Source: a virus
Strand: one strand, 5' to 3'
DNA: 64,000 bases
IMG/VR virus record: IMGVR_UViG_3300045902_000666
Location: 37,744-101,743 of that record
Below are positions 36,115-46,295 of this stretch, piece after piece. Each line of letters starts with the position of its first letter. Positions within the stretch are counted from its first letter, which is position 1. The notes beneath the pieces are model-generated. The model made no database searches. It worked only from the letters and a program-made list of their open reading frames with translations, and was not told the DNA's origin. Made by a program: the position numbers and the translations under genes.

Positions 36115-36161
36115 ATTTATTTTGTGAAATATAAAAATTTTACTGGAAAAAACAAAATATT

Positions 36162-36356
36162 TTATTTCTTTGGAACAAGTTCTATAAAAACGATGTTTTC
36201 ATTGTCTTTATCTACTTTAATAGAAAGTATATCGAACTTATTAACAGAATAGGCCTCTCTGATTCTATCCCAAATATAATCAAAACCCTTTTTATCTATC
36301 TCCTTGGGAGAAACTTCTAGAACGTATTTTTCCAAGCTTCTTTGAATTAATCTCAT
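36162..36356 (-). CDS. Small hypothetical protein
   Basis: 64-aa ORF. Confidence 0.45.
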   Translation of the reverse strand: MRLIQRSLEKYVLEVSPKEIDKKGFDYIWDRIREAYSVNKFDILSIKVDKDNENIVFIELVPKK

Positions 36357-36418
36357 GGCCCACTATTTATCAATAAATAATGATACAAAAAATTAAAAGA
36401 AGGATAAACGAATAAAAT

Positions 36419-36745
36419 TTATTTGTTGAGATTAGAGTAAAATTTATAATCTTGTTTAAGATTTTCTATTACTCTTTGAGCTAATTCCAAAACACTAAAA
36501 GATGGATTTCTATCTTTTTCTATTTTTAAACCTAAATTAAACTCTTCCTGAGGAAATTGTTGTAAATCTTGATTGGTAGAAATATGATTCCAGGCATCAA
36601 AATAAACACTTTCTGGGTTTTGTTCTTCCGGGAGAGTTTGGTCTAAATATGGGAATTTATTCATTCCGTAATTATAGACTGGAGTATTCTGATAATACTC
36701 TTCAATAACTTTTCTTATCGTATGTCTTAAACGAAAATTGCCCAT
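36419..36745 (-). CDS. Hypothetical protein, candidate virion-internal protein
   Basis: N-terminal LRHTIRKVIEE motif. Confidence 0.55.
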   Translation of the reverse strand: MGNFRLRHTIRKVIEEYYQNTPVYNYGMNKFPYLDQTLPEEQNPESVYFDAWNHISTNQDLQQFPQEEFNLGLKIEKDRNPSFSVLELAQRVIENLKQDYKFYSNLNK

Positions 36746-36913
36746 ATGATATAAATATGGGCAATTTTCTATTATCTTTCAAGAAGCCTTTCTAAGGCTT
36801 TAATTTTTTTATCTATTTCATCAAAAAACTTCTGGTCTAAAACTTCTACTCTGTCAATTTTTGCCGCTATATTAGGATGGTTCTCTATAAGATATGAGAT
36901 TTTCATGTTTCGC

Positions 36914-37900
36914 TTATTGCGATACCTTCTCAGTTGATTTTTCAACACTATTCTCTTTAGACAACTCAATTTCATACTTATCAGAAAGTTCCTTAATTAT
37001 TTTTGTATACTCTATAATTGCTTCAAATTCGTTTGAAAATTTTGAAGAATTTTCGTATAAATATTCAATTTTTTTAGAAAGCTCTTTTTTAAAGGTTAAA
37101 TAATTTTTATGATTTTTATTTATTCCGTTTAAGTATGTTGCAATACTACCACGAATAATTTCTGCAAAAGTAATGTTTTCTTTTTTATTTTCAAACTCTT
37201 CTACTGAATAAAATTTTAAAGTTTCTGAAGAATCCAAAATTTCATAATACAGCTTATCCAACTTGCCCATTCTATTCTTGGTGGTTTCAATGGTTCTTGT
37301 GTTTTTCTTTTTATCATAAACCATGTGAACATGAGCATCTGCATCATGCTTTAAAAAGTTAGCACCCTGAAAATCTCCATCCTTTGTAACTTGTCCAATA
37401 ATGATAACAATACCATTTTTTCTATCTTTCCAAGACATAAGGATAGAGTAGATATGTCTCATTGCAGCCTCTAATGACATACCTTGTTTTGTATAATCTT
37501 CAGCTATACGTTGGATTGAGTCTAAAATCAAAATCTTGATGTCTGAACGACTCTCTACCATCTTCATAAACCCATCCATATGAGGAAAGTCTTTAACATC
37601 CGCAATATAAGCATTGCTATGTTTTATATCCAAACGCAATGTTTGTTTTTTAACAAGAGAACTTAACATTTCTCTTGAATAAAATACAGAAACGTATTCA
37701 GAAATAAGAGATTGTAATTTCTTACACAAAGTTGTTTTACCAGCTCCAGAAGTACCAGTAAGGAAAATCAAATTAGCCCATTCAATACCCCCTTGAGCAG
37801 AGAAAAGGTTATCCAATTTATCATCCCCAATCTTAACCGATGGAGTTGAAATAATCTGAACTTGTGAATAATTTTTCATTGTCTTTGCGTTTGTTTTCAT
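36914..37900 (-). CDS. RadA/Sms-like RecA-fold ATPase
   Basis: GTSGAGKTT, ILDSIQ, GQVTKDGDF.G...LKH..D, KNRMG; no Zn finger or Lon-like domain. Confidence 0.75.
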   Translation of the reverse strand: MKTNAKTMKNYSQVQIISTPSVKIGDDKLDNLFSAQGGIEWANLIFLTGTSGAGKTTLCKKLQSLISEYVSVFYSREMLSSLVKKQTLRLDIKHSNAYIADVKDFPHMDGFMKMVESRSDIKILILDSIQRIAEDYTKQGMSLEAAMRHIYSILMSWKDRKNGIVIIIGQVTKDGDFQGANFLKHDADAHVHMVYDKKKNTRTIETTKNRMGKLDKLYYEILDSSETLKFYSVEEFENKKENITFAEIIRGSIATYLNGINKNHKNYLTFKKELSKKIEYLYENSSKFSNEFEAIIEYTKIIKELSDKYEIELSKENSVEKSTEKVSQ

Positions 37901-37904
37901 ATTA

Positions 37905-37932
37905 TTATACGCAAAGTGCCCGAAAAGGTTCC
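37905..37932 (-). promoter_or_regulatory. ECF-like promoter GGAAC-N16-CGTATAA
   Basis: Repeated motif. Confidence 0.7.
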
Positions 37933-37939
37933 AAAAAGA

Positions 37940-39340
37940 TTAATTTTTTTGTAAAATCTGGATTTTATTCTTAGCTGTATTGTAATCCTTTAAGAACGAA
38001 TGTTTTGTATTTTTTTGTATGTTTATAAGCTTGAAAACCACACAAATAACTAGGAAATTCTTTATTTCAGAATCTTCGGCCTGAATACCACTCTTTCTTA
38101 TGCTTTCACAAAAATCTTGATAAAATGGCACATCATCGCCTGGGGTTTTTAAACCATTAGAATATAAAACATCAAGTAATAAAGGATATTTGTCGTTTTG
38201 AGATTGTATAGAAAGGTCATTAATTTTTTTAATAGCCTCCATATCTTCTTCAGTTGGAGATGTTAACTCTTCTATTTGTGTAGGCTGAATGTTTGCAAAA
38301 TCATCTACTTGTTCACTTTGAGTTTGCTCTTCAATTGCACTTCGAGGTTCTTCCTCAGCTTTAAATTCCCCGGAATCTGTTGAAACGTATGTCATCACAT
38401 CATTTTCTTCACTACCACTTTCTTCTTCTTTTATTTCTTCAGATTTACCATTGAACAATTTTTTAACAGTCCAATTACTTTTAGGTTTTTTTACTTTAAA
38501 CAATTCACCTATAGGTTCACCTTCTTCTGGGGAACCTTCTTTCCAAGAATCTAATATAACTTTGTTTGTGGCTATAACCAAAACAACGGCCAGTGGGTCA
38601 AAAACAAATATTAATAAAAACATGAAAAAGTTAACAACACTATCCATGCTTGTATTAAAAAGATTTGCTATATATTGCAAAGGGGCCGCTTCTCCTTTTA
38701 AATTTTCAGCTTCTTTTCCATTTACATCTAATTCTAATTTTGAAATTTCTTCATTGTAACCATTTACAACATTTAACAAACTATCAGATTCTCTTGTCAG
38801 TTTTTTTATTTCAACATCTGCATCTTTGATTTGCCCTTCTACTATTTTAGCCTGCTTATAATATCTTCTTGCATAAAGTGAATCCAAACGAACTTCTTGA
38901 GATGTTCTTAAATTATTAAGAGATGTTATCCTCTCATTTTTCTTTTTAATATTTTCTTCAGTATTTTTTATTCTTTCTTTAAACTGCTCTGTTTTTTTAT
39001 CAAGCAAAGAAATTTCACCTTGTGATATTTGTAATTTAGAAGAAGTTTCAGCATAAGCCCCAGATAAATAACCATAAATACCAGCTGAAGTAATCGCCAT
39101 TAAAACAACTAAGGCACTTATCAAATAAGTTTTCTCTAAAGCTTTTATTTTCTTCCAATATCTATAAACATAAGAAGCAACTACAAGTTTAGAAAATTCT
39201 AAAACTGCAGCCATAACCATAATAGAAATAGCTGAACCAGCAAATAATTTACCTAAACCAGTTACAGAAAAATAAGCCGCTATAGCGGCAGTGGCGAAAG
39301 CTGAAAATCCTAATAAATATGGGAACTTACTTTTTTTCAT
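37940..39340 (-). CDS. Membrane protein with long coiled coil
   Basis: Three N-terminal TMs, coiled coil, IFVFDPLAV TM. Confidence 0.65.
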   Translation of the reverse strand: MKKSKFPYLLGFSAFATAAIAAYFSVTGLGKLFAGSAISIMVMAAVLEFSKLVVASYVYRYWKKIKALEKTYLISALVVLMAITSAGIYGYLSGAYAETSSKLQISQGEISLLDKKTEQFKERIKNTEENIKKKNERITSLNNLRTSQEVRLDSLYARRYYKQAKIVEGQIKDADVEIKKLTRESDSLLNVVNGYNEEISKLELDVNGKEAENLKGEAAPLQYIANLFNTSMDSVVNFFMFLLIFVFDPLAVVLVIATNKVILDSWKEGSPEEGEPIGELFKVKKPKSNWTVKKLFNGKSEEIKEEESGSEENDVMTYVSTDSGEFKAEEEPRSAIEEQTQSEQVDDFANIQPTQIEELTSPTEEDMEAIKKINDLSIQSQNDKYPLLLDVLYSNGLKTPGDDVPFYQDFCESIRKSGIQAEDSEIKNFLVICVVFKLINIQKNTKHSFLKDYNTAKNKIQILQKN

Positions 39341-39382
39341 ACTACCAAATTTATTTAATTTTAAGATTAAAACAAAGAGAAT

Positions 39383-39826
39383 TTACTTTTCCCCCGGTTC
39401 TAAATCTGTGTGATTGTTATCCCCAATCTTATTGGCTTTTTTAAATTTATCTATCATCTTTTGGAGAACTGAATTTGGCCTTCCCTGAGTTTCAGAATTC
39501 GGTCTTAAGTCGTTTAAATGTCTTTTGGTCCATATATTAGGCTTCCCATTTGGAAGTATATAATCATCGTAATTGTGATACCAAACATCATCAAACCAAA
39601 CATATAGAGGATGCTGCTCTCCATAAGAATAAGCAACATACATTTTACCTAAACCTCCTAAATCTTCTCCGTAAGTGTGTGAGCCAACAAAGTTTTCTCT
39701 ATTTCTAACTTTTTCGGCAGCATCTTTATTTGTTATCCTTTCTTCATCTATGACACCTTCGCCATAAACATTCTCTTGGTAACAACCTTCCAAAATAGTT
39801 CTTATTAAACCTCTAATTTTTTTCAT
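39383..39826 (-). CDS. Hypothetical protein, candidate virion-internal protein
   Basis: N-terminus MKKIRGLIRTILE. Confidence 0.55.
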   Translation of the reverse strand: MKKIRGLIRTILEGCYQENVYGEGVIDEERITNKDAAEKVRNRENFVGSHTYGEDLGGLGKMYVAYSYGEQHPLYVWFDDVWYHNYDDYILPNGKPNIWTKRHLNDLRPNSETQGRPNSVLQKMIDKFKKANKIGDNNHTDLEPGEK

Positions 39827-39921
39827 TTTAAAGACACCTTTTTACAGAAATAAATAGTCCCAAAAAAAGAAAAGGCTCCATTGGAGCCTTTTACAAATTA
39901 CACTATTAACGCTATAATATT

Positions 39922-40377
39922 TTAGAAAGGAAGGTCATCTCCCTGGTCTAAACTAGCTGCAAATTGTGCTTGATTATTTTCAGCACCACTTGTAGCATAA
40001 TCATTCACCTGCTGAGCTGGTGAAGGATTTGCACCTTCGTTTTTACTTTCTTTTTTCTGAATTTGAACGTCATAAGCTACGATTTTTGTAGCTCTAACTT
40101 TTTGTCCTTCTTTGTTTTCAAATTCTTCAGTCTTGATTTTTCCTTCAACATAGACCAAAGAACCTTTTTTAAGGTTATTTCCAACAAACTTTGCTGTCTC
40201 ACCCCAAACCTCTACATTATGCCACTCTGTTCTTGTTTGTTTTTCACCATTCTTGTCTTTAAAATATTCATTTGTGGCAACTGTGAATCTTGCTACTGTA
40301 GCGTCATTTTTTAAATAACTAACTTCGGCATCTTTGCCAGCATTTCCTAATAGGATTACTTTGTTTACACTGTTCAT
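39922..40377 (-). CDS. ssb: Single-stranded DNA-binding protein
   Basis: NKVILLGN.G.D, TEWH.V..W, DDLPF tail. Confidence 0.95.
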   Translation of the reverse strand: MNSVNKVILLGNAGKDAEVSYLKNDATVARFTVATNEYFKDKNGEKQTRTEWHNVEVWGETAKFVGNNLKKGSLVYVEGKIKTEEFENKEGQKVRATKIVAYDVQIQKKESKNEGANPSPAQQVNDYATSGAENNQAQFAASLDQGDDLPF

Positions 40378-40517
40378 AACTTTACTGTTTTAAATTTAAC
40401 TTTGTTTTGTTGTTAATAGTAATACAAATATAGTTCTTTTTCTGGGAAAAAACAATAATAAAACACTTTTTTTTGGACTATTTATGTAAAAATAAACACC
40501 AAAAAAAATACTATAAC

Positions 40518-42047
40518 ATGGAAAAGGCTATAAGACAAGTAATTAGAGAGGCTTTTAATTCAGCTTTTGTTCATTTTTCGCTATTAAATGAAGCAAAAAT
40601 GAATATTACACCTGAGCAAGCAGCTAATGTTTTAAAATCAATGAAAGATACTCCTGATTTTAGAAATCTTAAATTTGGTAAAGTTGATGATAAATTTCTA
40701 AACGAAGTTTTAAGTATACTAATTGAAGAATACAAACAAAATCCTTCCCAAGAATTAGCATGGGCTATTGCAATGCCTTTTACAGATGATTCTATAGCTA
40801 TGAGAAAAATAGTTTTACCCGTTGTAAACAATCTTAAAAAAGGATTTGGCCAATATAACATATACAACGAGGCGTTTTTAGATATTTATAAAAAAGCTTG
40901 GTCTCTTTTGTTTACGACTACCAATGAAAGAACTGGAACGCCTATGCTTTTTAGCATTGTGAGCAAAGGTTATGGTGAGTCTAAAATTGAGCCGATGCTT
41001 GAAACTTTTGATGAATTAATACAAGATTCTAATTTAAGTGAAGAATATAAAATTATAGCTCATGAGCATTATGCTAATAGAAGAAATGCAAAAACCATCT
41101 CTGATAACTATAAAGAATATTTCCCAACTCCAGAAGATGCACATATAGCAATTGAAAATTTTAAAAATGACCCAGCTGTAATTTCTATTGGTAAAGAGGC
41201 TTTCAGAAAAAATCAAATTCCAGAATCATCTTTTACCAAATTTAACCCTATGAACCCAGAAGCCTTATTTGGAAGAAGGGAGGCAGATAATCTTTCGAAA
41301 ATTATTACGGCTTTCAAAAATCAAGTTTCAAATGCTACAAGAACAGCTAATATAACAGCAACTGACGTTTCGCTTGACGCTCCTCTAGGTGGTTCTGGTG
41401 ATGAAGATGACACAACAATGGCTGATAAATTAAAATCTAAGAGTGGTGATTTTAATCCAGAATTACAAGGTGTAAAAGGGTATGATGTTTCTCAATCTAC
41501 ATATGGAGATGTAGCTTCAGAAACTGGTTCAGAATTTAATGATGCATCAGAAAAATTAGGAAAAGTTTATGATGCTTTTAAAGAAGTTTTAGAATTTGCT
41601 AAATCATTAAATGTAGACCCTAAAATTACAACTGCAGCAGAAGAGGTTTATGTTAACGGAATTAACTATGACAATATTTCTGCAAAATACCCAGAACTTT
41701 ATCCAACAAATGCAGATGTTAGAACTGCTTTGAAGAGATATATAACGATGATGACTGGTAAAAAAATAGAGCCTGCAGTAGAAAAAATATTTACAAAATA
41801 TGGTTTACCAACAGGAAAGTGGGAGTGGAGCGATGAAGCTCAAGATGAATTGTGGGTACCTTTATTATCGGCAGTTCCTCCAAAAGAATTCTTTAAATCA
41901 GGCGAAAGCGAAACAGCTCAAAAGAAAAAAATGAGGTCGCTTGGTTCTATAGATACCTCAAAGAGACAAATATGGGAAGAAGAAATAAGTGATGAAGAAG
42001 TTGATAAAATATTTGAAATGATAATTAAAAAGATAAATGGTAAGTAA
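40518..42047 (+). CDS. Hypothetical protein, candidate virion-internal protein
   Basis: Probable start MEKAIRQVIREAF after TATTTAT. Confidence 0.6.
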   Translation: MEKAIRQVIREAFNSAFVHFSLLNEAKMNITPEQAANVLKSMKDTPDFRNLKFGKVDDKFLNEVLSILIEEYKQNPSQELAWAIAMPFTDDSIAMRKIVLPVVNNLKKGFGQYNIYNEAFLDIYKKAWSLLFTTTNERTGTPMLFSIVSKGYGESKIEPMLETFDELIQDSNLSEEYKIIAHEHYANRRNAKTISDNYKEYFPTPEDAHIAIENFKNDPAVISIGKEAFRKNQIPESSFTKFNPMNPEALFGRREADNLSKIITAFKNQVSNATRTANITATDVSLDAPLGGSGDEDDTTMADKLKSKSGDFNPELQGVKGYDVSQSTYGDVASETGSEFNDASEKLGKVYDAFKEVLEFAKSLNVDPKITTAAEEVYVNGINYDNISAKYPELYPTNADVRTALKRYITMMTGKKIEPAVEKIFTKYGLPTGKWEWSDEAQDELWVPLLSAVPPKEFFKSGESETAQKKKMRSLGSIDTSKRQIWEEEISDEEVDKIFEMIIKKINGK

Positions 42048-42052
42048 ATAAT

Positions 42053-42077
42053 TAACCCCGGACTTCCGGGGTTTTTT
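42053..42077 (+). terminator. Intrinsic terminator
   Basis: AACCCCGG/CCGGGGTT hairpin plus T-run. Confidence 0.7.
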
Positions 42078-42321
42078 ATTCTCTTCTCATTACAACAGCT
42101 TCAAAATTTTCTTTTTCTATTTTTACAAGTTTTCCTTCTTCATCAATCTTGTATATGTTTAATTCAGAATCAAAAAATACTTTTGAGTAATTCATTTCAT
42201 TTGATTCATAAATTTTTTCTTTTGAAGTGTCTTTTACTCTTATTTTAAGAGAATCTCTTTTTGCGGACAGATAAGTTTCAAACATCAAATCTATTTCCTT
42301 ATATCTTGCTTCGTCTTTCAT
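42076..42321 (-). CDS. Hypothetical protein
   Basis: 81-aa ORF. Confidence 0.5.
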   Translation of the reverse strand: MKDEARYKEIDLMFETYLSAKRDSLKIRVKDTSKEKIYESNEMNYSKVFFDSELNIYKIDEEGKLVKIEKENFEAVVMRRE

Positions 42322-42348
42322 AAAACAAATATAATAAATAAATTAGAA

Positions 42349-42828
42349 TTAGCAAAAACCAGAATACTTACAGATTATATTTTCTATGCTTTTACTTTTT
42401 AAATCAAACATTTTTTGCATGTTTGGTAAAACAGACTCTGGCATTTCGTACAAATAAAACCAGCCATAATCAATAGCTTCCTCGGCAGGCCCTAATTCAG
42501 GGACAAATTCTTCATCGAACAAGCCGATGTAAGTATAAAAATCCAAATGATTATCTCTATTTACATATACAGGCTCTTTCGATATTCTATATTCACCTTC
42601 GTATTGGCTTTCTTCTTTAAACTCTCTTTTAGCTGTTTCCTGAGGATTAGAATCCTCTGGCTCCATCTTACCCCCAAAACCAGCCCACAGTCCAGGTGAA
42701 GGTTGATTAAACCCTCTCCTAACTAACAATATTCTTCCTGTTTTAGTACAAATAGGGAGAACACCAGCAGCTATTTTTTTACCAGATGTCATACTGAAAT
42801 AAATAGTATTAAAAATAACAATTAACAT
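42349..42828 (-). CDS. NUDIX hydrolase
   Basis: GGKMEPED..PQETAKREFKEES Nudix box; start likely MTSGKK. Confidence 0.85.
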   Translation of the reverse strand: MLIVIFNTIYFSMTSGKKIAAGVLPICTKTGRILLVRRGFNQPSPGLWAGFGGKMEPEDSNPQETAKREFKEESQYEGEYRISKEPVYVNRDNHLDFYTYIGLFDEEFVPELGPAEEAIDYGWFYLYEMPESVLPNMQKMFDLKSKSIENIICKYSGFC

Positions 42829-45413
42829 CCAAAAACCATAAAATATAACTTATGCTTGCTTCTTGATACAGCTACATAATGTATATTTTTAGGTTCCACA
42901 TCAACTTCATCATTAGGGTCGAAAGTAATCGCTTCTAATTGTTTTTTACTAAGCCTAGTCCACATAGGATTGGATTGGAGTATTTCCATAGAAATGGAAT
43001 TAACCACAACACAGGTTTCAAATTCTCTCCCCTTGCTCTTGTGTATAGTAGTAATGAATTTATTGCTTTTTTTATGCATTTCAATAAAATGTATTATCTC
43101 ATGCTCACTTTCAAAATAGTTTTTAAGCTTAAGGAATTTATTTTTCAATAATCCATTTATTTCTCCTTTGTGAAAGTTCTTAATATCCTTATCAGTTATA
43201 AAATTAAAATACCTCATAGGTATTTTTTTTCTAAGCAATATAAGCTCTAATTTTTTGATAATGTCATTGGTCCTAACTAGAACAGCGACTTGTTCTGGCG
43301 TTTGTAGAATTTCAATAAGCTCATCTATTGTAACCATGAACTTATTATCTACAAATCCATTTTCTTTACTATTTGCAGTTGCTTTTAATGATGAGAATTT
43401 ATTGGAATTTTCAACAATATTTTGGTCACTCCTAAAATTAACAGAAAGAGACATTACTTTTGTTTCACGTCTTGCCTTTAACATTTCTTCTAGCAAGTTA
43501 CAGTTTGCTCCAGAATAACCATATATACTATTATGAGTAAAAATTCCATTAGCTATGAAATTATGAGTGTTTTCTATATTTATATCATATACAAATCCAT
43601 CATAATTTTCAACACTTACAGACTCTATTATATCATATTCTATATTATTATTTTCTCCTAAGACATATACAGTCATTCCTTTAATAAGGTATGATGCCTT
43701 TGTGAAATTTAAAGCACTTCCTTTTTTAAGTAAAGTATTTCTATTTTCAATACCATCAACTATGCTCAAAAATTTATTTTTAATTATAACTAAATCTTCA
43801 AAATTATTAGATTGCTTCCTTATTCTCCACCCAGTACCTTTTCCATTATTTTGAACTTTAAGCCCAGCATTTATTATTTTTTCTCTATCAGAATATGAAC
43901 TTCCTCCTATTTCTAATTTATGAATTGATTTATCACCTCTTCCGTCACCACACAAACATATATTAATGTTTCTATCATGCAAATTATTGGTACTTTTTGG
44001 AAAGTGATGAGGAATATTAAAATCAAAGTCTTTAAACTTTAACAACTCCAAACCACCAACTTCCGAATTTATGTTTTTAAATACTTTATCAATAAACTCC
44101 TGAGTTGTTATCTTATCTCTTTCTTGAAAAACCAATGTTGGTATTCCATATTTTAAAGAATAATATTGCTCCCAATACTTTGAATCCTGTAATGTTTCAC
44201 TAGCTTCTAGTAACCATATTTTCTGAGCATGCTCTCCATTTAGCCTATTCATAAAGCCAAAACGATTGCCTTTATCAAATGAGATTCTGTTGTGGTAACT
44301 CCTAGTAATTCCAATTCTAAAACCATAACCTTTTTTATACATCAAATATGTAAAAAATAATTCTTTTTCATTTATAACATATTTTGCAAAGTGAGTATGC
44401 TCTCTTGTAGTAATCAATTCTTTTCCAGATTTAGTTTTTATTTTAATAACTTCTCCAGAAAACTTATTTTTAAAGACATCAGTTACTGTTTTATAGCCTA
44501 AATTATCAGAACCTTTTCCTGTTAATACTTTGTCTCCTATTTTTAATTCTTCTATACACTTAATTCCATTATCAGTATGTATTTTTGTCCCTTCAACTAC
44601 GCACTGATTTTTATCTCCAATCAAATAGTAATATGTAGCATTTAGAGAAAGTAAAATCTGTAATTGTATTGTAGAAGTATCTTGATACTCATCAACAAAT
44701 ATATAATCATATTTGTTTCTAAACATTTTTAACCACTTATCTTCACGAAATAAATCTCTGACTTCAATTAGCATATCAGAGAAATCTCTCGCTTTTGTTT
44801 CTCTTAAATAAAGATTATATTCATAAATAAATGGAGGTGCCAAACACTTTACCTTATCAGCAGTTTGAAGTTTATAAGCAGCAATTTTAGAAGAAAAGAA
44901 ATTTGAATCTTCGTATAAATTGCCTATTGTCTCATAAAAAATATCTTTCACTTCTTGGTCTGCTCCTAGAGCTGGTTTGTATTTCTCCTTAAACCATTCA
45001 ATGAATTTATAAAAATCAGCAACCTCTTTGTACTTACCAAGAGTAGTTAATATACTTAAACAAAAAGAGTGAATTGTTGTAATTCTAATTCCTTTTTTGG
45101 TTTTATTATCCCAAACTTGTATACCATCTCTTTCAATCCTTTCTGTCAATTCTTTCACAGCATCATTTGTAAAACTAAAAAAGATAATCTTTTCAGGCTC
45201 TACACCTCTTCTAAGTAACTCTTTTAATCTTTGAACACATGAAAATGTTTTACCACTACCTGCAGTAGCAGAAAGTATTATTGACTCTTTACCAGAATAT
45301 TCTACAAATGCTTTTTGCTCCTCAGTATACTTCTGTGTTTCCAGCTCATCTAAAATACTAAGCTGGGGAGGAGCTGGTTGTAATGATTTTACAACCAGTT
45401 TCTTCCTTGCCAT
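42822..45413 (-). CDS. UvrD/Rep-family SF1 helicase with intein
   Basis: ATAGSGKT, VDEYQD, GDKNQ|SIYG, TIHKSKGREF, YVAVSR. Confidence 0.9.
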   Translation of the reverse strand: MARKKLVVKSLQPAPPQLSILDELETQKYTEEQKAFVEYSGKESIILSATAGSGKTFSCVQRLKELLRRGVEPEKIIFFSFTNDAVKELTERIERDGIQVWDNKTKKGIRITTIHSFCLSILTTLGKYKEVADFYKFIEWFKEKYKPALGADQEVKDIFYETIGNLYEDSNFFSSKIAAYKLQTADKVKCLAPPFIYEYNLYLRETKARDFSDMLIEVRDLFREDKWLKMFRNKYDYIFVDEYQDTSTIQLQILLSLNATYYYLIGDKNQCVVEGTKIHTDNGIKCIEELKIGDKVLTGKGSDNLGYKTVTDVFKNKFSGEVIKIKTKSGKELITTREHTHFAKYVINEKELFFTYLMYKKGYGFRIGITRSYHNRISFDKGNRFGFMNRLNGEHAQKIWLLEASETLQDSKYWEQYYSLKYGIPTLVFQERDKITTQEFIDKVFKNINSEVGGLELLKFKDFDFNIPHHFPKSTNNLHDRNINICLCGDGRGDKSIHKLEIGGSSYSDREKIINAGLKVQNNGKGTGWRIRKQSNNFEDLVIIKNKFLSIVDGIENRNTLLKKGSALNFTKASYLIKGMTVYVLGENNNIEYDIIESVSVENYDGFVYDINIENTHNFIANGIFTHNSIYGYSGANCNLLEEMLKARRETKVMSLSVNFRSDQNIVENSNKFSSLKATANSKENGFVDNKFMVTIDELIEILQTPEQVAVLVRTNDIIKKLELILLRKKIPMRYFNFITDKDIKNFHKGEINGLLKNKFLKLKNYFESEHEIIHFIEMHKKSNKFITTIHKSKGREFETCVVVNSISMEILQSNPMWTRLSKKQLEAITFDPNDEVDVEPKNIHYVAVSRSKHKLYFMVFGC
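43530..44603 (-). mobile_element. Intein (~358 aa) in helicase motif III
   Basis: Starts CVVEGT, ends VYDINIENTHNFIANGIFTHN, followed by Ser. Confidence 0.9.
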
Positions 45414-45433
45414 ATTGTTATTAAAATTTTAAT

Positions 45434-46285
45434 TTATTTGTTTTCTGCTACAACAGCAGCTTCAGCTTTAGCAATCAACTTCTTAAATACCAACTTTGTG
45501 TCGGCAGGCATATTTGATTCTTTTATAAACCAATCACAATATCCTTTATCTGCGGCAATAATAGTAAACAGTTGGCCCTTGTATTTTTGACCAGTGTTTA
45601 GAACAGGTTTGCCATCTGCATTTAATACAATATATCCATTAATATCAAGTGCACCTTTATTATCATTAAAAAGGTTATTCAACACTTCAATATCTTTTTT
45701 AAATTCATAAACATTACCTTTTCTATCTTGATATTGTTTTTCCGAATAAGTTTCCAACATAGAATTGAATATTCTTAAATTGGTATCATTAACAAAATCA
45801 GAAGAAAGAGGTGTTCCGAATTCCACTTTCTCATCACAATAAAATCTTGCTGCAGAACGAAAATCTCTTGGTTCCATAGTGTGATATATTAAAGAAAGGT
45901 CAATTATTTTTCTGTTATAAAAAGTGAACTCTACATTTGCTCTTGCAAATTCTTCAGATAAGAATTTTAAATCAAAATTTCTGATATTAAAACCAATAAA
46001 ATCACAATCTCCAAGAAACTCTTTAATTTTAGATGCCACCTCTTGAAATGTAGGTGAATCTTTTACCATTTCATCTGTAATACCATTTAAATCACTTGCT
46101 GTTTTTGGTATAGGCATTCCTGGATTAAATTTTCTTGTACCTGTTTGTTTTTTCCCGTCTTTAGAAATTTTTGTAATAGACAATTCAATAATTCTATCAC
46201 TTTCTGAGTTCAATCCTGTTGTTTGAATTTTAATAAAAGCCAATGGCTTCTTTAGCTCTAAGTTTAATTTATCAACTGTTTTCAT
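45434..46285 (-). CDS. DnaQ/epsilon-like exonuclease with degenerate active site
   Basis: TTG..DRIIEL, GITDEMV, GFN...FD; ExoI D-x-E replaced by K-x-Q. Confidence 0.75.
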   Translation of the reverse strand: MKTVDKLNLELKKPLAFIKIQTTGLNSESDRIIELSITKISKDGKKQTGTRKFNPGMPIPKTASDLNGITDEMVKDSPTFQEVASKIKEFLGDCDFIGFNIRNFDLKFLSEEFARANVEFTFYNRKIIDLSLIYHTMEPRDFRSAARFYCDEKVEFGTPLSSDFVNDTNLRIFNSMLETYSEKQYQDRKGNVYEFKKDIEVLNNLFNDNKGALDINGYIVLNADGKPVLNTGQKYKGQLFTIIAADKGYCDWFIKESNMPADTKLVFKKLIAKAEAAVVAENK

Positions 46286-46295
46286 AATAATTTGT

